The notes under the pieces were generated by a model. The model had not been told where the DNA came from. It made no database searches and saw only the letters and a program-made list of their open reading frames with translations. This document shows positions 1 through 12,344 of a stretch of DNA of 64,000 nucleotides, piece after piece. A program made the translations under genes and the position numbers. Location: positions 126,855,256 through 126,919,255 of the forward strand of contig NC_052149.1 in assembly GCF_902713615.1 (NCBI RefSeq), read 5' to 3'. Source of the DNA: Scyliorhinus canicula (Eukaryota). Within the stretch, counting starts at the first letter, position 1. Each line of letters opens with the position of its first letter.

Positions 1-514
1 AGCCACTCTTGGTGATGGACATTGAAGGTCCCCACTCAGAGTATAATCTGCACCCATGCCACCCTCAGTGCTTCCTCCAAGTGGTGTTCAACATTGTGGT
101 GCTGTCTCATAAACTGAGGGAGATTTGGGGTATGGTAATCATATTTAACACATGTTCAACCTGACACCATGAGACTACATGGGGTCCAGATTCGATGTTG
201 AGGATTCCCAGGGCACCTCCTCCCTACAGTATACCACTTTGCCCCCACCTCTGCTGAGTCTGTCCTGCTGGTGAGACAGGACATACCCAGGGAATGGTGA
301 TATTGTCTGGGATATTGGGCACAATTCTCCAGCCTCTTTGCGCTCTCGCTCAAACAAGGCTGGTGAATAGCGGGAGAGGACAAAAATGAGATCCGTGCCA
401 GGTGCTAAACAGCTTGTGATGTAACCGGCCGCTCCCATTGGCCAAATCAGGATCTCGCCGTAGCGCGGCAAGAAACCGTTTATCACCATGTAAGCCCCAT
501 TTCCATACAATTTT

Positions 515-717
515 TTTTTTTTTAATTTAGTGTACCCAATTCATTTTTTCCAATGAAGGGGCAATTTAGCCTGCACATCTTTGGGTTGTGGGGGTGAAAC
601 CCACGCACACACGGGGAGAATGTGCAAACTCCACATGGACAGTGACCCAGAGCCGGGATCGAACCTGGGACCTCGGCGCCGTGAGGCTGCAGTGCTAACC
701 CACTGCGCCACCGTGCT
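515..717 (-). mobile_element. HE1/V-SINE copy with poly(A) tail and ~19-bp TSD
   Basis: tRNA-like head plus V-domain; T-run at about 512-523; gccccatttccatacaatt on both sides. Confidence 0.85.
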
Positions 718-1309
718 GCCCCATTTCCATACAATTAACGGGAGCGACCCCATATCCAACGGCCTCCCATCATTCAGCCGCCTCCCCAGTAAGTGGTCAC
801 GCTGACGCCGATTAGTACTCCATTTAAAAAGGTAAACCTGGACTTCCGGTGGCGGTGATGCCTGAATGAGCCGCACATTCGGCGGGCTCTCACTCCGGCG
901 GGGCTTTGGAGCTGATTCCCCGTGATAGCGGACCACGGGGGGAAAAATGGCTGCCACGAAAGAGCAGGAGAGCGGGCTGACATCGATGGAACCGTGGGAG
1001 GCCAGCAGGTAGGGGAAGAGAGAGAGAGAGAGACACGGAGGCAAGGAGCAGAGGAAACTGACCTGCAACGTAAGATAGCGGACCCACGGACCTTCCTTCC
1101 TCCAGGAGAAGAAAATAAGTTTTGAAGTCGCTTGGACCCACTTCAGAGGCCCAGAAGGTAAAAGTTAAGGAGCTGGGAGAAGGAAGGCGGCAGCGAAAGT
1201 GCTGAGGAGCGGGCTGCGGCACATGGAACAGCGAGAGTCCAGAAGGCAGAAGAAGAAGGAGAAAAAGGGACAGAGACAAGGACCTGAAGAAACTTACCTG
1301 GGACCTAAG

Positions 1310-2102
1310 ATGGCGGACACACGGACCCCGGACTTAGCAATCCAGCTGGCGCTGGATAACATGCTCCAGGTAATGAAGTCCAGTTTTGAAGCGCTGAAGC
1401 GGGACAGCTTGGACCCAATCCAGAAAGCGGTGGATCAGCTGAACCAGAGGCTGGACGCCCAGGATGTTAAAGTTAAGGAGCTGGGAGAGGCGGTGGAGGA
1501 GCAGGCGGATGCGCAAACGGTTGCAGCCCTAGAAGTTGACGGCCTGCAAGAGCGGCAGAGAAGACTGTTGGACAGAGTGGAGGAGCTGGAGAATAGAGTC
1601 CGCAGGAACAATCTGAGGATGGTCGGCCTCCCGGAGGGGACTGAGGGAGCTGATGCTGCAGCGTTTGTAGCAGACCTGCTGAAGCAGCTGATGGGGGCCG
1701 AAGCCTTTCCGCGACCGCCGGAGCTGGAGGGGGCACACAGTGCAGGCAAGGCTGGGGCGGCCGGGTGGACCCCCCCGCCCGATGCTGATTAGGTTCCACA
1801 GGTTCGTGGACAAGGAGCGGGTGCTGCAGTGGGCAAAGAGCGCCAGGAGCAGCACGTGGAACAACAGTGTTCTCCGCATTTATCAGGACCTAAGCCAGGA
1901 GGTGGCTCGGTGGCGTGCAGCCTTTAAGAATGTCAAGGAGGTGCTGTTCAAGAAGCACGTGAAGTTTGGTCTGCTGTTCCCAGCTCGGCTATGGGTCACG
2001 CACCAGGGTCAACACCACTACTTCTCCGAGCCCGAAGAAGCGATGGATTTTGTGAGGGACCTGGGGCTGGTCCCGAAAGGAGGCCCCAAGGACGCGAGTT
2101 AG
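1310..2102 (+). pseudogene. L1 ORF1 (coiled coil plus RRM/CTD-like region), one frameshift near 1740
   Basis: LENRVRRNNLRMVGLPEG and LIRFHRFVDKERVLQWAK motifs, split across two frames. Confidence 0.88.
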
Positions 2103-2767
2103 GGCCCGAGGATTACTGTGGGAAGGAACGCCGAATGTGCCTGAACTGCTGCTCAACGGTTTGCTGGGCCAAAGGGGCGAAGCGGAACATTTGGGACTCT
2201 TTTTCCTTTGTTCATGGACATTGGTTTGGGGGGGTTAACCCCTCCTTTCCTTTTTTTGGGGTTTTTTTTGTGGTCTCTCGTGTTTCTTATGGGGTTTTTT
2301 TTTTTGGGTTTATTTTTGTGCTTTTTCCTCTTTTTTCTGTTTTTTTTTCTGTTTGGGCGGATTTGTACTTTTTGTGCAGCTCGCGGAGGACACTGGAGCC
2401 GGCTTGCCCTAGTGGGTGGGAGAGAGGGTTGGGGTGCCGGGGAGTGGGGAGGAGGACGGGGAAACAATGGGAATGAGACAGGAAGGCGCCGGAGTGTTGA
2501 GTCACCGGGCTAGCAGATTGGCTAGTCAAGGGAGTCAGGTGGGGGGGGAAGTCACAGCCAGTAGATGGCAGGGGTGGGGGTATCGGGGGATGGGGTGGGG
2601 GGGGGGTTGTTCTGCTGACGGGGGAGGGACTTGAAATAGGCACTGGAAAGGAGGTCGAGGGTGGAGGCAGCCAAAGGGCGGGCCAGGAATGGCGCGACGC
2701 ACGGGCCAGGGGCCGGCCCGAGAAAGGCTATGGCTGACCGGCGGGGTGGGGGGGGGGTGGGGGTGGG

Positions 2768-5422
2768 ATGTACCCCCCGACCAGGCTGATCACCTGGAAC
2801 GTCAAGGGACTGAATAGGCCGGTTAAGAGGGCGCGGGTGTTCGCGCACTTGCGGGCCCTGAGGGCGGACGTAATTATGTTGCAGGAGTCACATCTGAAAG
2901 TGTCTGACCAGACCAGGCTAAGGAAGGGCTGGATTAGCCAGGTCTTCCACTCGGACTTGGACTCGAAGTCCAGAGGGGTGGCAATCATGATCAACAAGCG
3001 GGTGCAATTTGAGGCAGAGGGCATATCCTCAGACAGGGGTGCCAGATACCTGATGGTACGGGGCAGACTGGAGGGGAGAAGAGTGGTGCTGGTGAATATA
3101 TATGCCCCGAACTAGGATGACGTGGACTTCATTAAAAGAGTGCTGGGGAAGATCTGGACCTGGACTCTCGCAGGCTAATAATGGGAGGGGGGGGACTTTA
3201 ACATGGTCCTTGACCCGGCTTTGGATCGGTCGTGTCCCAGAACGGGTAGACTCCCAGCAATGGCAAGGGAGCTGAAAGGGTTTATGGAGCAAATGGGGGC
3301 AGTGGACCCCTGAAGAGCCAGACAGCCGACAGGAAGGGGCTACTCATTTTACTCGCACGTCCATAAAGTATATTCTAGGGTAGATTTCTTCGTACTAAGC
3401 AGGGATTGTATAGGGGAGGTAAAGAACACGGGATATTCGGCAATTACTATCTCAGACCATGCCCCGCACTGGGTAGACCTGCAGATCGGGGGAGCGAGCT
3501 ACCAACGCCCGCAATGGAGGCTAGATGTGGGACTGCTGTCGGAGGAGGGGATCTGCGAGAGGCTTCGGAGGTGTATGCAAAATTACCTGCAGGTGAATGA
3601 CACGGGGGAGGTCTCAGCGGTGACCCTGTGGGAGGCGCTAAAGGCAGTAGTGCGGGGGGAGCTGATTTCAATTGGGGCCCACAGAGCCAAGGCAGACCGG
3701 GCAGAGATGGATAGATTGGTCAGGGAAATGGGTCGGATAGATGAAGAGCACGCGGAGTCCCCGGGGGAGTCAGGGAGAGGCAGAGACTACAGGCGGAACT
3801 GGGGGCACTATCCACGAGCAGGGCCGTGGAACAGCTTAGGAAGGCGAGGGGAGTGGTGTACGAGCATGGGGAAAAGGCTAGCAGACTGTTAGCGCAACAA
3901 CTCAGGATGAGGGCGGCGGCCTGGGAAATAGGTAGAGTGAGGGACGAGGGGGGGGGGCGCAAAGTGGAGGACCCGGCAGGATTGAATAAGGTATTCCGGG
4001 AGTTCTATCTTAAGCTGTATACTTCGGAGCCGCCGGAAGAACCGGAGGGGATGAAAAGGTTTCTGGACGGGTTAACATTTCCAACAGTTGGGGGCGAGTG
4101 GAAGAGCTGGGGGCCCCGATTAGAGTAGAGGAGGTATTGGGGGGCCTTAAGGCCATGCAGTCGGGGAAGTCCCCGGGGCCGGATGGATACCCAGTAGAGT
4201 TTTATAGGAAGTTCTCTGAGCTGGTGGGCCAGGTCTTGGCGAGGGTTTTCAATGAGGCAAGGGACAGAGGGACCCTGCCGCCGACCATGTCACATGCCAC
4301 CATATCACTGATATTGAAGCGAGGTAAAGACCCGGAGGCGTTCGGGTCCTCCAGGCCAATCTCCCTGATTAATGTAGACGCCAAGCTCCTGGCAAAGGTA
4401 CTGGCAGGTAGAATGGAGGACTGTGTACCGGAGGTGATTGGGGAGGATCAAACGGGGTTCGTGAAAGGTAGGCAGCTGGCCGCCAACCTGAGAAGATTAC
4501 TTAATGTGATAATGATGCCCCCGACAGGCAGGGAGGTGGAGGTAGTGGTGGCGATGGACGCCGAGAAGGCCTTTGACCGGGTGGAGTGGGGCTATCTATG
4601 GGAGGTGCTCGAACGGTTTGGGTTCGGGAGGGATTGGTGGATTGGATCAAATTATTATATCAGGCCCCGAGGGCCAGCGTCAGGACCAACAGAGAGGTGT
4701 CGGAGTACTTTAGGCTGTACCGAGGGACCAGACAGGGCTGCCCGCTCTCCCCGCTGCTGTTTGCGCTGGCCATAGAGCCGCTGGCGATTGCGCTGAGAGC
4801 CGCAGAGGGTTGGAAGGGGATGGTGAGGGGCAGGGTTGAACATAGGGTTTCTCTTTATGCAGACGACCTGCTCCTGTACGTGTCGGACCCAGTGGCCGGG
4901 ATGGGAACTATACTGGGAATGCTGAGGAAGTTCGGCCAGTTCTCAGGATACAAATTAAATACGGTCAAGAGTGAAATGTTTGTGGTCCAGGCAAGGGGCC
5001 TGGAGAACAGATTGAGAGGGCTACCGTTTTGGCTGGTTGAGGAAAATTTTTGGTATTTGGGAATCCAGGTGGCACGAGACTGGGCAGGCTGCAAAATTAA
5101 ATTTGGCCAGGGTGGTGGAGCAAATGTCCCGGGTGCTAAAAACAAGGGTGGTGATGAGTCCAGGGGTGCAATTTTTGGGGTTTCGGAAGACCCGGGGGTC
5201 CAGGGGGAGAAAGAGGCCGATGTTTTGGCCTTTACTTCCCTGATAGCCCGGCGACGAATATTATTGGCGTGGAGGGACTCAAAGCCCCCGAAGACTGAGT
5301 GGTGGCTTGCAGACATGTCGAGTTTCCTGGGGATGGAAAAAATTAAGTTCACCTTGAGGGGATCTGTGCAGGGGTTCACCCGAAGGTGGCAACCATTTAT
5401 TGACTTCTTTGCGGGAGAGTGA
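2768..5422 (+). pseudogene. L1 ORF2 (APE endonuclease + reverse transcriptase), with stops, frameshifts and an internal deletion near 5100-5170
   Basis: LITWNVKGLN...MLQESHL; KSPGPDG; DAEKAFDRVEW; RQGCPLSPLLF; LYADD. Confidence 0.92.
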
Positions 5423-6836
5423 GCGTCAGCAGGGGGTGGGGGGGAGGGGATAGAGTAGAGTAGGTGGGAAAATATGGCGGGTAGTACCGGTGGGAGAGGA
5501 GCGGGCTTGTGCAATATGTTACGAAGGAAGTATTGAAAGTACGTGGATGTTTGCACATTTTTGCCTCTTTTGCTTTCTTTCTGATGATGTCTGTAACTGT
5601 TTATAAAGCCAAAAACTACCTCAATAAAATTGTTTATTAAAAAAAAGGTGAACCTGGCAGAAGGCTGTGGGGAGCTGAGGAGGTGAGTAGCCATCTTTAC
5701 TCACAGGCAAAGAGCCCGGGGGCACTGGGCTTGCCAACCCAGTGCTGGATGGGGGATGAGGGACCCTCGGCTGGGGATGGGTTTTCCACCGAGGTGTGTG
5801 TATCTGCACTGGTGGAGGGGAAGATGACAGCTGTGACACGATTATAAAGGTTGTATCCTTGGAGATCTCCTCTGAGGTGTTCTGCTCGGAGTCAGGAGAG
5901 GGGGCCTCACGGGAAGGGCTGGCGCCATCGGCTGGAGGACGTGCAGGAGAATGGACATGTGGTCAGTGGGAGGGATGGGCCAGTCAGTAAGGCAATAATA
6001 ACTCACGTATGACAGGTCCCTGGGTGGATTCTGGTGGTTCCTCACATCAGCAGCATCCGCCAGCCTCCGTGTGGGTGACTAATCTGTCCTCGGCTACACC
6101 GTCACATCCAGCGCCTGCTCCTCAAAGAGGTGAGGATTCTTATGTCCACCAGTCTGGGCCCTCTCCCGATGGTTATGGGAGAGCTTTTCCTGAGGAGACA
6201 CAGAGAGGGCATCGTTAGCTACAAGCGTGGTTCACAGTGGTGGGAGAGGGGGGTGTGATGGAGGGGTGAAGTGCTGTTCGACTTTGTTAGTGGGGGGTTA
6301 GCGAACGTGGTATCGTTGAATCAGCTGGTGAGCCTTTATTTGAGACAAGAAATCCGTGAGGCCTCGTCAATGGACCAATTAACGTGGAATAGAGTTGCCG
6401 GCTCGCTGGGCTGAGAGCCGGGAACTTTGCAGCAATTCCCGCTCGCTAACACTTTGAAATGTTTCCGGAGAATTGCGTGCATTATCTGTGAGGCATAATT
6501 CTGAAAGTATGACTGTGTCTGACCAGTCAGTGGGACAGCTCCCCCAATTCTGACACATGTCCCCAGATATCAGGAAGGAGGGACTTTATTGCGTCGACAG
6601 GGCTGGGTTTGCCGTTGTTGTTTCCGGGGTCTATGTCGATGTCGGGAGGTCTGTTCGGTTTCATTCCTTTTAGAATTTTCAGCGATTTGATACAACTGAG
6701 TGGCTATTTCAGAGTCAACCACATTGCTGTGGGTCTGGAGTCACATGTAGGCCAGACCAGGTAAGGGCAGCAGATTCCCTTCCCTAAAGGACATTAGTGA
6801 ACCAGACGAATTTTTACGACAATCGACAATGGTTTC

Positions 6837-7240
6837 TGATGTGTTGGGCTGGCTGGGTCGATGTGGACTGCGTTTGATGCAGTGTAGCGAGAGACAGACT
6901 TCCAACACTTGATGAGATGCAACACAATTTTATTTAACATCTAAACTATTATACATGTTCACCTGTGGGTTGACACTATGCTGACTTGACTGCAGACCTG
7001 ATGCTAGCCTGACCAGACTAACTGACTACCACATGGTGTTTGCACTGGCTGCTGCTCACGAGCTCTGACTGTCTCAGAGGCTGGATCCCGAGAGAGCGGG
7101 AAAACTGGTGCCCTCTGGCTTTATAGTGGTCATGTCCCGTCTGGTGATTGGCTGCTGTGTTCTGCGTGCTTACTGGTCATCCTGTGTGTCAATCACTGCC
7201 TGTCTGCACTCCATTATATACATGGATGTATATTATGACA
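6837..7240. mobile_element. Solo LTR (Gypsy-like; same family as 52286-53305)
   Basis: TG...TATGACA termini; imperfect 5-bp TSD GTTTC/GTTCC; similar sequence at 52286 and 53110-53305. Confidence 0.7.
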
Positions 7241-8299
7241 GTTCCATGGTCACCATTACTGAGACGAGCTTTTAATTCCAGGTTTATTCATTGAATTTAA
7301 ATTCCACCAGCTGCCATGGTGGGATTTGAACCTGTGACCAGAGCATTAGCCTGGGCCTCTGGATTACTAGTCCAGTGACATTACCACTACACCACGGCCT
7401 CCCCCACATTGTGCTGTGAGGCTCCATGGAACTGTATCCCAGCATGAAGTGTCCCTCAGGAGGGGAGAGGGAATGTTCGGAGCCCTGAGCTCCATTTCCC
7501 AGCCCAGACATTTTGTCTTCCAATGAATGAATGAGATGGCAATTTGGAGCCAGGTAAGGGACAGTCTCGTGTTGTGGACCCAGGCCTACAAGAGGCAATT
7601 GGAGATATCCCTGAAAGGGAACGATTGGCTGGGTTATGGGGATAGAGAGGGGGAGTGGGACTAATTGGGTAAGTCACAGCACGATGGGCAGAATGGCCTC
7701 CTTCTGTGCTGGAAGATTCGAGGCAGTGGACACGGTTCACAGTTTCTCCCGTGTCAGTAACAAACATCCAGCTGCTCTGAGCCCCTTCTTTCACTTCCTC
7801 TGTTGGTTACGTTTCAATCTTCCGATCTGACAGTCATTGCTGTTATTTTTTACACTGGGGGTTTCTGCTGTGGTCTGAATCTCTAACAATAACTGTCCAA
7901 TCAGTGAAAAGAACAGCAGCTCAGAGCAGTCAGGACTGAGGAGCCAGGCTCACAGGGAAACACATTGGGAAGATCAAAGCCATCGTCTTCAACTCCCGAT
8001 ACAAACTCCATCCCTCACCCTGAGCACTGTCTGCTGCTCAACCAGACTCTTTACAACATTGGCCTCATCTCTCTGTTCCTCCACAATTCCCAGCTTCCCA
8101 CCATTTAGAAATGACTCTGATTTCTCTTTCTTTGGTCCAAAGTGGATGATTTCATATCCCCAGATTGATCTCCATCTGCCATTGTCTTCAGTCCCCATCA
8201 CAATCTCTGTTCCCCAGACACTGATTCCATCCCTCTCCCTGGGCCTGTCTGACTTTGAACCACACAGTTCACAGCCATGGTGTCCTATTTGACCCTGAG

Positions 8300-8660
8300 A
8301 TGACCTTCCCACCACATCATCCGCTCCATCACTAAGACGGCCTATTTCTCCCTCGGTAACATCGACCGAGTCTGTCCTGCCTCACATCATCTGCTGCTGA
8401 GAATCTCCTCCATGTCTTTGTTCCCTCTAAACGTGACTATTCCAATGCTGTCCTGGCCGCCCTCACACCTACCACCCTCCGTAAACATCAGCTGATCCAA
8501 AACTCTGCTGCCTGGATCTGAACTCACACCAAATCCCGTTCACCCATCACCCCCTCTGCTCACTGACCTACATTGACTCCCGGTCCAGCAATGCCTCGAT
8601 TTTAAATTCCCATCCTTGTTCTCAAACCCCTCCCTGTCCTCCACCCTCCCTATCTCTGTA
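8300..8660 (+). mobile_element. L2-clade LINE 3' fragment (a second copy at about 30590-31250)
   Basis: Two homologous fragments resembling the L2 post-RT region. Confidence 0.6.
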
Positions 8661-8823
8661 ACCTCCTCCAAGCTGCCTCACTTAGTGTGGTCAGTAACTT
8701 GGATATATGTCTCTCTATTCCTTCATCCAAGTCATTGAGAAATACAGTGAAAAGCTGAGGCTCCAGCTCAGATCCCTGGGGACATCACTATTCACATCTT
8801 GCTGATTGGAGTACACACACTTG

Positions 8824-9514
8824 GGGTGGGATTCTCCCATCCCGTGCCAGAGTGTCCACGCCATTGTAAACGCTGTCGCGTTTTACGACAGTGTGAACAG
8901 GCTGCTGCCAAGAGTAATTCTGGCCCCTACAGAGGGCCAGAACGGCAATGGAGCAGTTCACGCCACTCCAGCTGCCAATCCCGGCGCTAACTGTGAGCCG
9001 GGGGATCCGTGCATGCGCTGTGGTGCCGATGCCGACGCACTCATGCACGGCTTCCTCCTTCAATGTGCCAGCCCCGACGCAACATGGCGCAGTAGTACAG
9101 GGGGCCGGCGCGTAGGAATAGAAGTCGGGGGACAGAAAGGCCGGCCTGCCGATCGGTGGGTCCCGATCGCGGGCCAGGCTGCATTGAAGGCCCCCCCGGT
9201 GTCGGAGCCCCCTGCCGGTGTCGTAGCCCCCCCCCCCCCCCCCCCCCCCCCCCCCCACACACACAGGCCGCCACCCGACCCTTGCACACAGTTAAAATGC
9301 TGAGTCCCGCCGGTGCCATCCACGCCTGCTCGCTGCCAGCGGGACTCAGCATTTTAACAGCGGCCGCTTGGCCCATCCCGTGGAGAGCAGCCCCCAACCA
9401 GCGCCGCGCCAAACACGCGGGCGCCAGTGGCGACGATCACATGCCGGTGTCGGGGTGGCGTGGCCCGGTCGCGGGGATTCTCCGGCACGGCTCCAGGCTG
9501 AGAGAATCCCGCCC
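8824..9514. mobile_element. Harbinger-type MITE
   Basis: TIRs GGGTGGGATTCTC / GAGAATCCCGCCC; GC-rich interior. Confidence 0.75.
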
Positions 9515-10024
9515 ATTATCCCTGCTCCCTGTCTCCTCCCTCCGAACTAATTCCTTATCCATGGAAATTGATTTCCTCAAATTCCATATGATTCAGTCTC
9601 TTGTTTGGCACCTGGAAATCCATCAATATAACATCACAGACATTCCCTTATCTACCACATTGGTGACCTCATTAACAAATCTAACCAGGTTAGTTAAACA
9701 TGTTTGACCCGCCTCCCCGGACAGGCGCCGGAATGTGGCGACTAGGGGCTTTTCACAGTAACTTCATTGAAGCCTACTCGTGACAATTAGCGATTTTCAT
9801 TCCATTTCATTTTTCATTTAAATCCGTGCTGACTCTCTTGGATCAGTTCATATTTCTGACTGATTTTGTGTCCAATCACAGATTCCAGTCACTTCCCCAT
9901 AACAGACATTAAATTGAGATGTTAGTTGTGAATAACGCTAGTATACAGCTAGCACAGACATGAGGGGCTGAGTAGACTCCTCCTGTACTGGAGGTATATC
10001 TGGCTCATCAGGTACATCACACTA

Positions 10025-10325
10025 CCAGGTTCGATTCCCGGCTGGGTCACTGTCTGTGTGGAGTCTGCACGTCCTCCCCGTGTGTGCGTGGGTTTTCTCC
10101 GGGTGCTCCGGTTTTCTCCCACAGTCCAAAGATGTGCGAGTTAGGTGGATTGGCCATGCTAAATTGCCCGTAGTGTCCTAATAAATGTAAGGTTAAGTGG
10201 GGGGGGTTGTTGGGTTACGGGTATAGGGTGGATATGTGGGTTTGAGTAGGGTGATCATGGCTCGGCACAACATTGAGGGCCGAAGGGCCTGTTCTGTGCT
10301 GTACTGTTCTATGTTCTATGTTCTA
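10025..10325 (+). mobile_element. HE1/V-SINE with CR1-type (TGTTCTA)n tail
   Basis: B-box GGTTCGATTCC, V-domain and tandem tail; abuts the 36-bp array. Confidence 0.85.
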
Positions 10326-11040
10326 CTACACAACCCAATCTGTGTACACAGGTACATAACACTTCACTCTCCAGTCTGTGTACTCAGGTACATCACATGT
10401 CACAATCCAGTCTGTGTACACAGGTACATCACATTTCACAATCCAGTCTGTGTACACAGGGACATCACACTTCACATTCCAGTCTGTGTGCACAGGTACA
10501 TCACACTTCACAATCCAGTCTGTGTACACAGGTACATCACACTACACAATCCAGTCTGTGTACACAGGTACATCACACTTCACAATCCAGTCTGTGTGCA
10601 CAGGTACATCACACTTCACAATCCAGTCTGTGTATACACGTACATCACACTTCACAATCCAGTCTGTGTGCACAGGTACATCACACTTCACAATCCAGTC
10701 TGTGTACACAGGTACATCACACTTCACAATCCAGTCTCTGTACACAGGTACATCACACTTCACAATCCAGTCTGTGTACACAGGTACATCACACTTCACA
10801 ATCCAGTCTGTGTACACAGGTACATCACACTTCACAATCCAGTCTGTGTACACAGGTACATCACACTTCACAATCCAGTCTGGGTGCACAGGTACATCAC
10901 ACTTCACAATCCAGTCTGTGTACACAGGTACATCACACTTCACAATCCAGTCTGTGTACACAGGTACATCACACTTCACAATCCAGTCTGTGTACACAGG
11001 TACATCACACTTCACAATCCAGTCTGTGTGCACAATCTAG
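10326..11040 (+). repeat. 36-bp minisatellite, ~20 copies (ttcacaatccagtctgtgtacacaggtacatcacac)
   Basis: Direct periodicity; 12-aa repeat in the ORF track; each unit contains the palindrome CTGTGTACACAG. Confidence 0.95.
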
Positions 11041-11044
11041 TCTC

Positions 11045-12005
11045 TGAGAGACCCAGTGCAGTAAAACGGTATTGACCGTTTCCTAGTCTCAGGTGTAGTG
11101 AGTGACGCAGTGCAGTCAAAACGTCTGTCACTACGACTGACACGAGGGAACTGCCCGTCTTATGCACCGAACGTTTCTCTACACCTGAAGGTGGAAAGGG
11201 TATTGCCGTTTCCGAGTGTCAGGTGTAGTGACTGACCCGGTGCAGTAAAATGGTATTGACCGTTTCCTAGTGTCAGGTGTAGTGAGAGACATGGTGCAGT
11301 AAAACGGTATTGACCGTTTCCTAGTGTCAGGTGTAGTGAGAGACATGGTGCAGTAAAACGGTATTGACCGTTTCCTAGTGTCAGGTGTAGTGAGAGACAT
11401 GGTGCAGTAAAACGGTATTGACCGTTTCCTAGTGTCAGGTGTAGTGACTGACCCGGTGCAGTAAAACGGTATTGACCGTTTCCTGGTGTCAGGTATAGTG
11501 AGAGACATGGTGCAGTAAAACGGTATTGACCGTTTCCTAGTCTCAGGTGTAGTGAGTGACGCAGTGCAGTCAAAACGTCTGTCACTACGACTGACACGAG
11601 GGAACGAGGTCTTATGCACCGGACGTTTCACTACACCTGAAGGTGGAAAGGGTATTGCCGTTTCCTAGTGTCAGGTGTAGTGACTGACCGGTGCAGTAAA
11701 ACGGTATTGACCGTTTCCTAGTGTCAGGTATAGTGAGAGACCCGGTGCAGTAAAACGGTATTGACCGTTTCCTATTGTCAGGTATAGTGACTGACCCGGT
11801 GCAGTAAAACGGTATTGACCGTTTCCTAGTGTCAGGTGCAGTGAGAGACACGGTGCAGTAAAACGGTATTGACCGTTTCCTAGTGTCAGGTGTAGTGAGA
11901 GATCCGGTGCAGTAAAACGGTATTGACCGTTTCCTCGTGTCAGGTGTAGTGAGAGATCCGGTGCAGTAAAACGGTATTGACCGTTTCCTAGTGTCAGGTG
12001 TAGTG
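11045..12005 (+). repeat. 54-bp minisatellite with an internal hairpin, plus a duplicated variant block
   Basis: Unit gtgcagtaAAACGGT-attg-ACCGTTTcctagtgtcaggtgtagtgagagacatg; variant blocks at about 11100-11220 and 11555-11680. Confidence 0.93.
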
Positions 12006-12344
12006 AGAAACGTGTGAAAACAGTGAGGGATCCATCTCCTGGTAATAATGCAATAAGAGTGGTCGGACTATAAACATAACATCAGCAACGTCAGATAAAA
12101 ATTTAGATTGGGGAGTTGTCGAGTCGCTTGCTGAATGTTTGGTAAATAATTAAATACTGAAAAAAATCATTGAAGTAAAGTCACTGAAGCTTTTGTTGTG
12201 GGGGAAGAGAGAGAGAGAGTGAGAGGGTTACCCCTCGGGGGGTTTATGACCAGTGACAGACAGGGGCTGAGGAAATGGGAGTTTCGGGCGTTTAGATTGT
12301 TCCTGTCGGTGAAAATCTGGAAGATTCCATCCCCCCCCCGCCCC

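Larger units (their letters stand above)
842..5646 (+). mobile_element. Full-length but decayed L1-clade LINE (ORF1 + ORF2), poly(A) tail, 16-bp TSD
   Basis: TSD aaaaaggtaaacctgg (826-841) / aaaaaggtgaacctgg (5642-5657) at a TTT/AAAA site; AATAAA and an A-tail at 5624-5646. Confidence 0.92.
400..6480 (-). mobile_element. Old Harbinger/PIF Myb-SANT element remnant, interrupted by the L1 and a SINE
   Basis: Minus-strand RERAQTGG...FEEQAL-like coding remnant near 6050-6180; TIR-like GGAGAATTGCG at about 6467-6480. The left end is uncertain. Confidence 0.5.

Noticed and set aside
11045-12005. CRISPR array or hammerhead ribozyme array in the 54-bp hairpin repeat
   Set aside because: There are no unique spacers or cas genes and the context is eukaryotic. 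The minus strand has CTGACAC...GAAAC, but the CUGANGA core is not met and no stem I forms.
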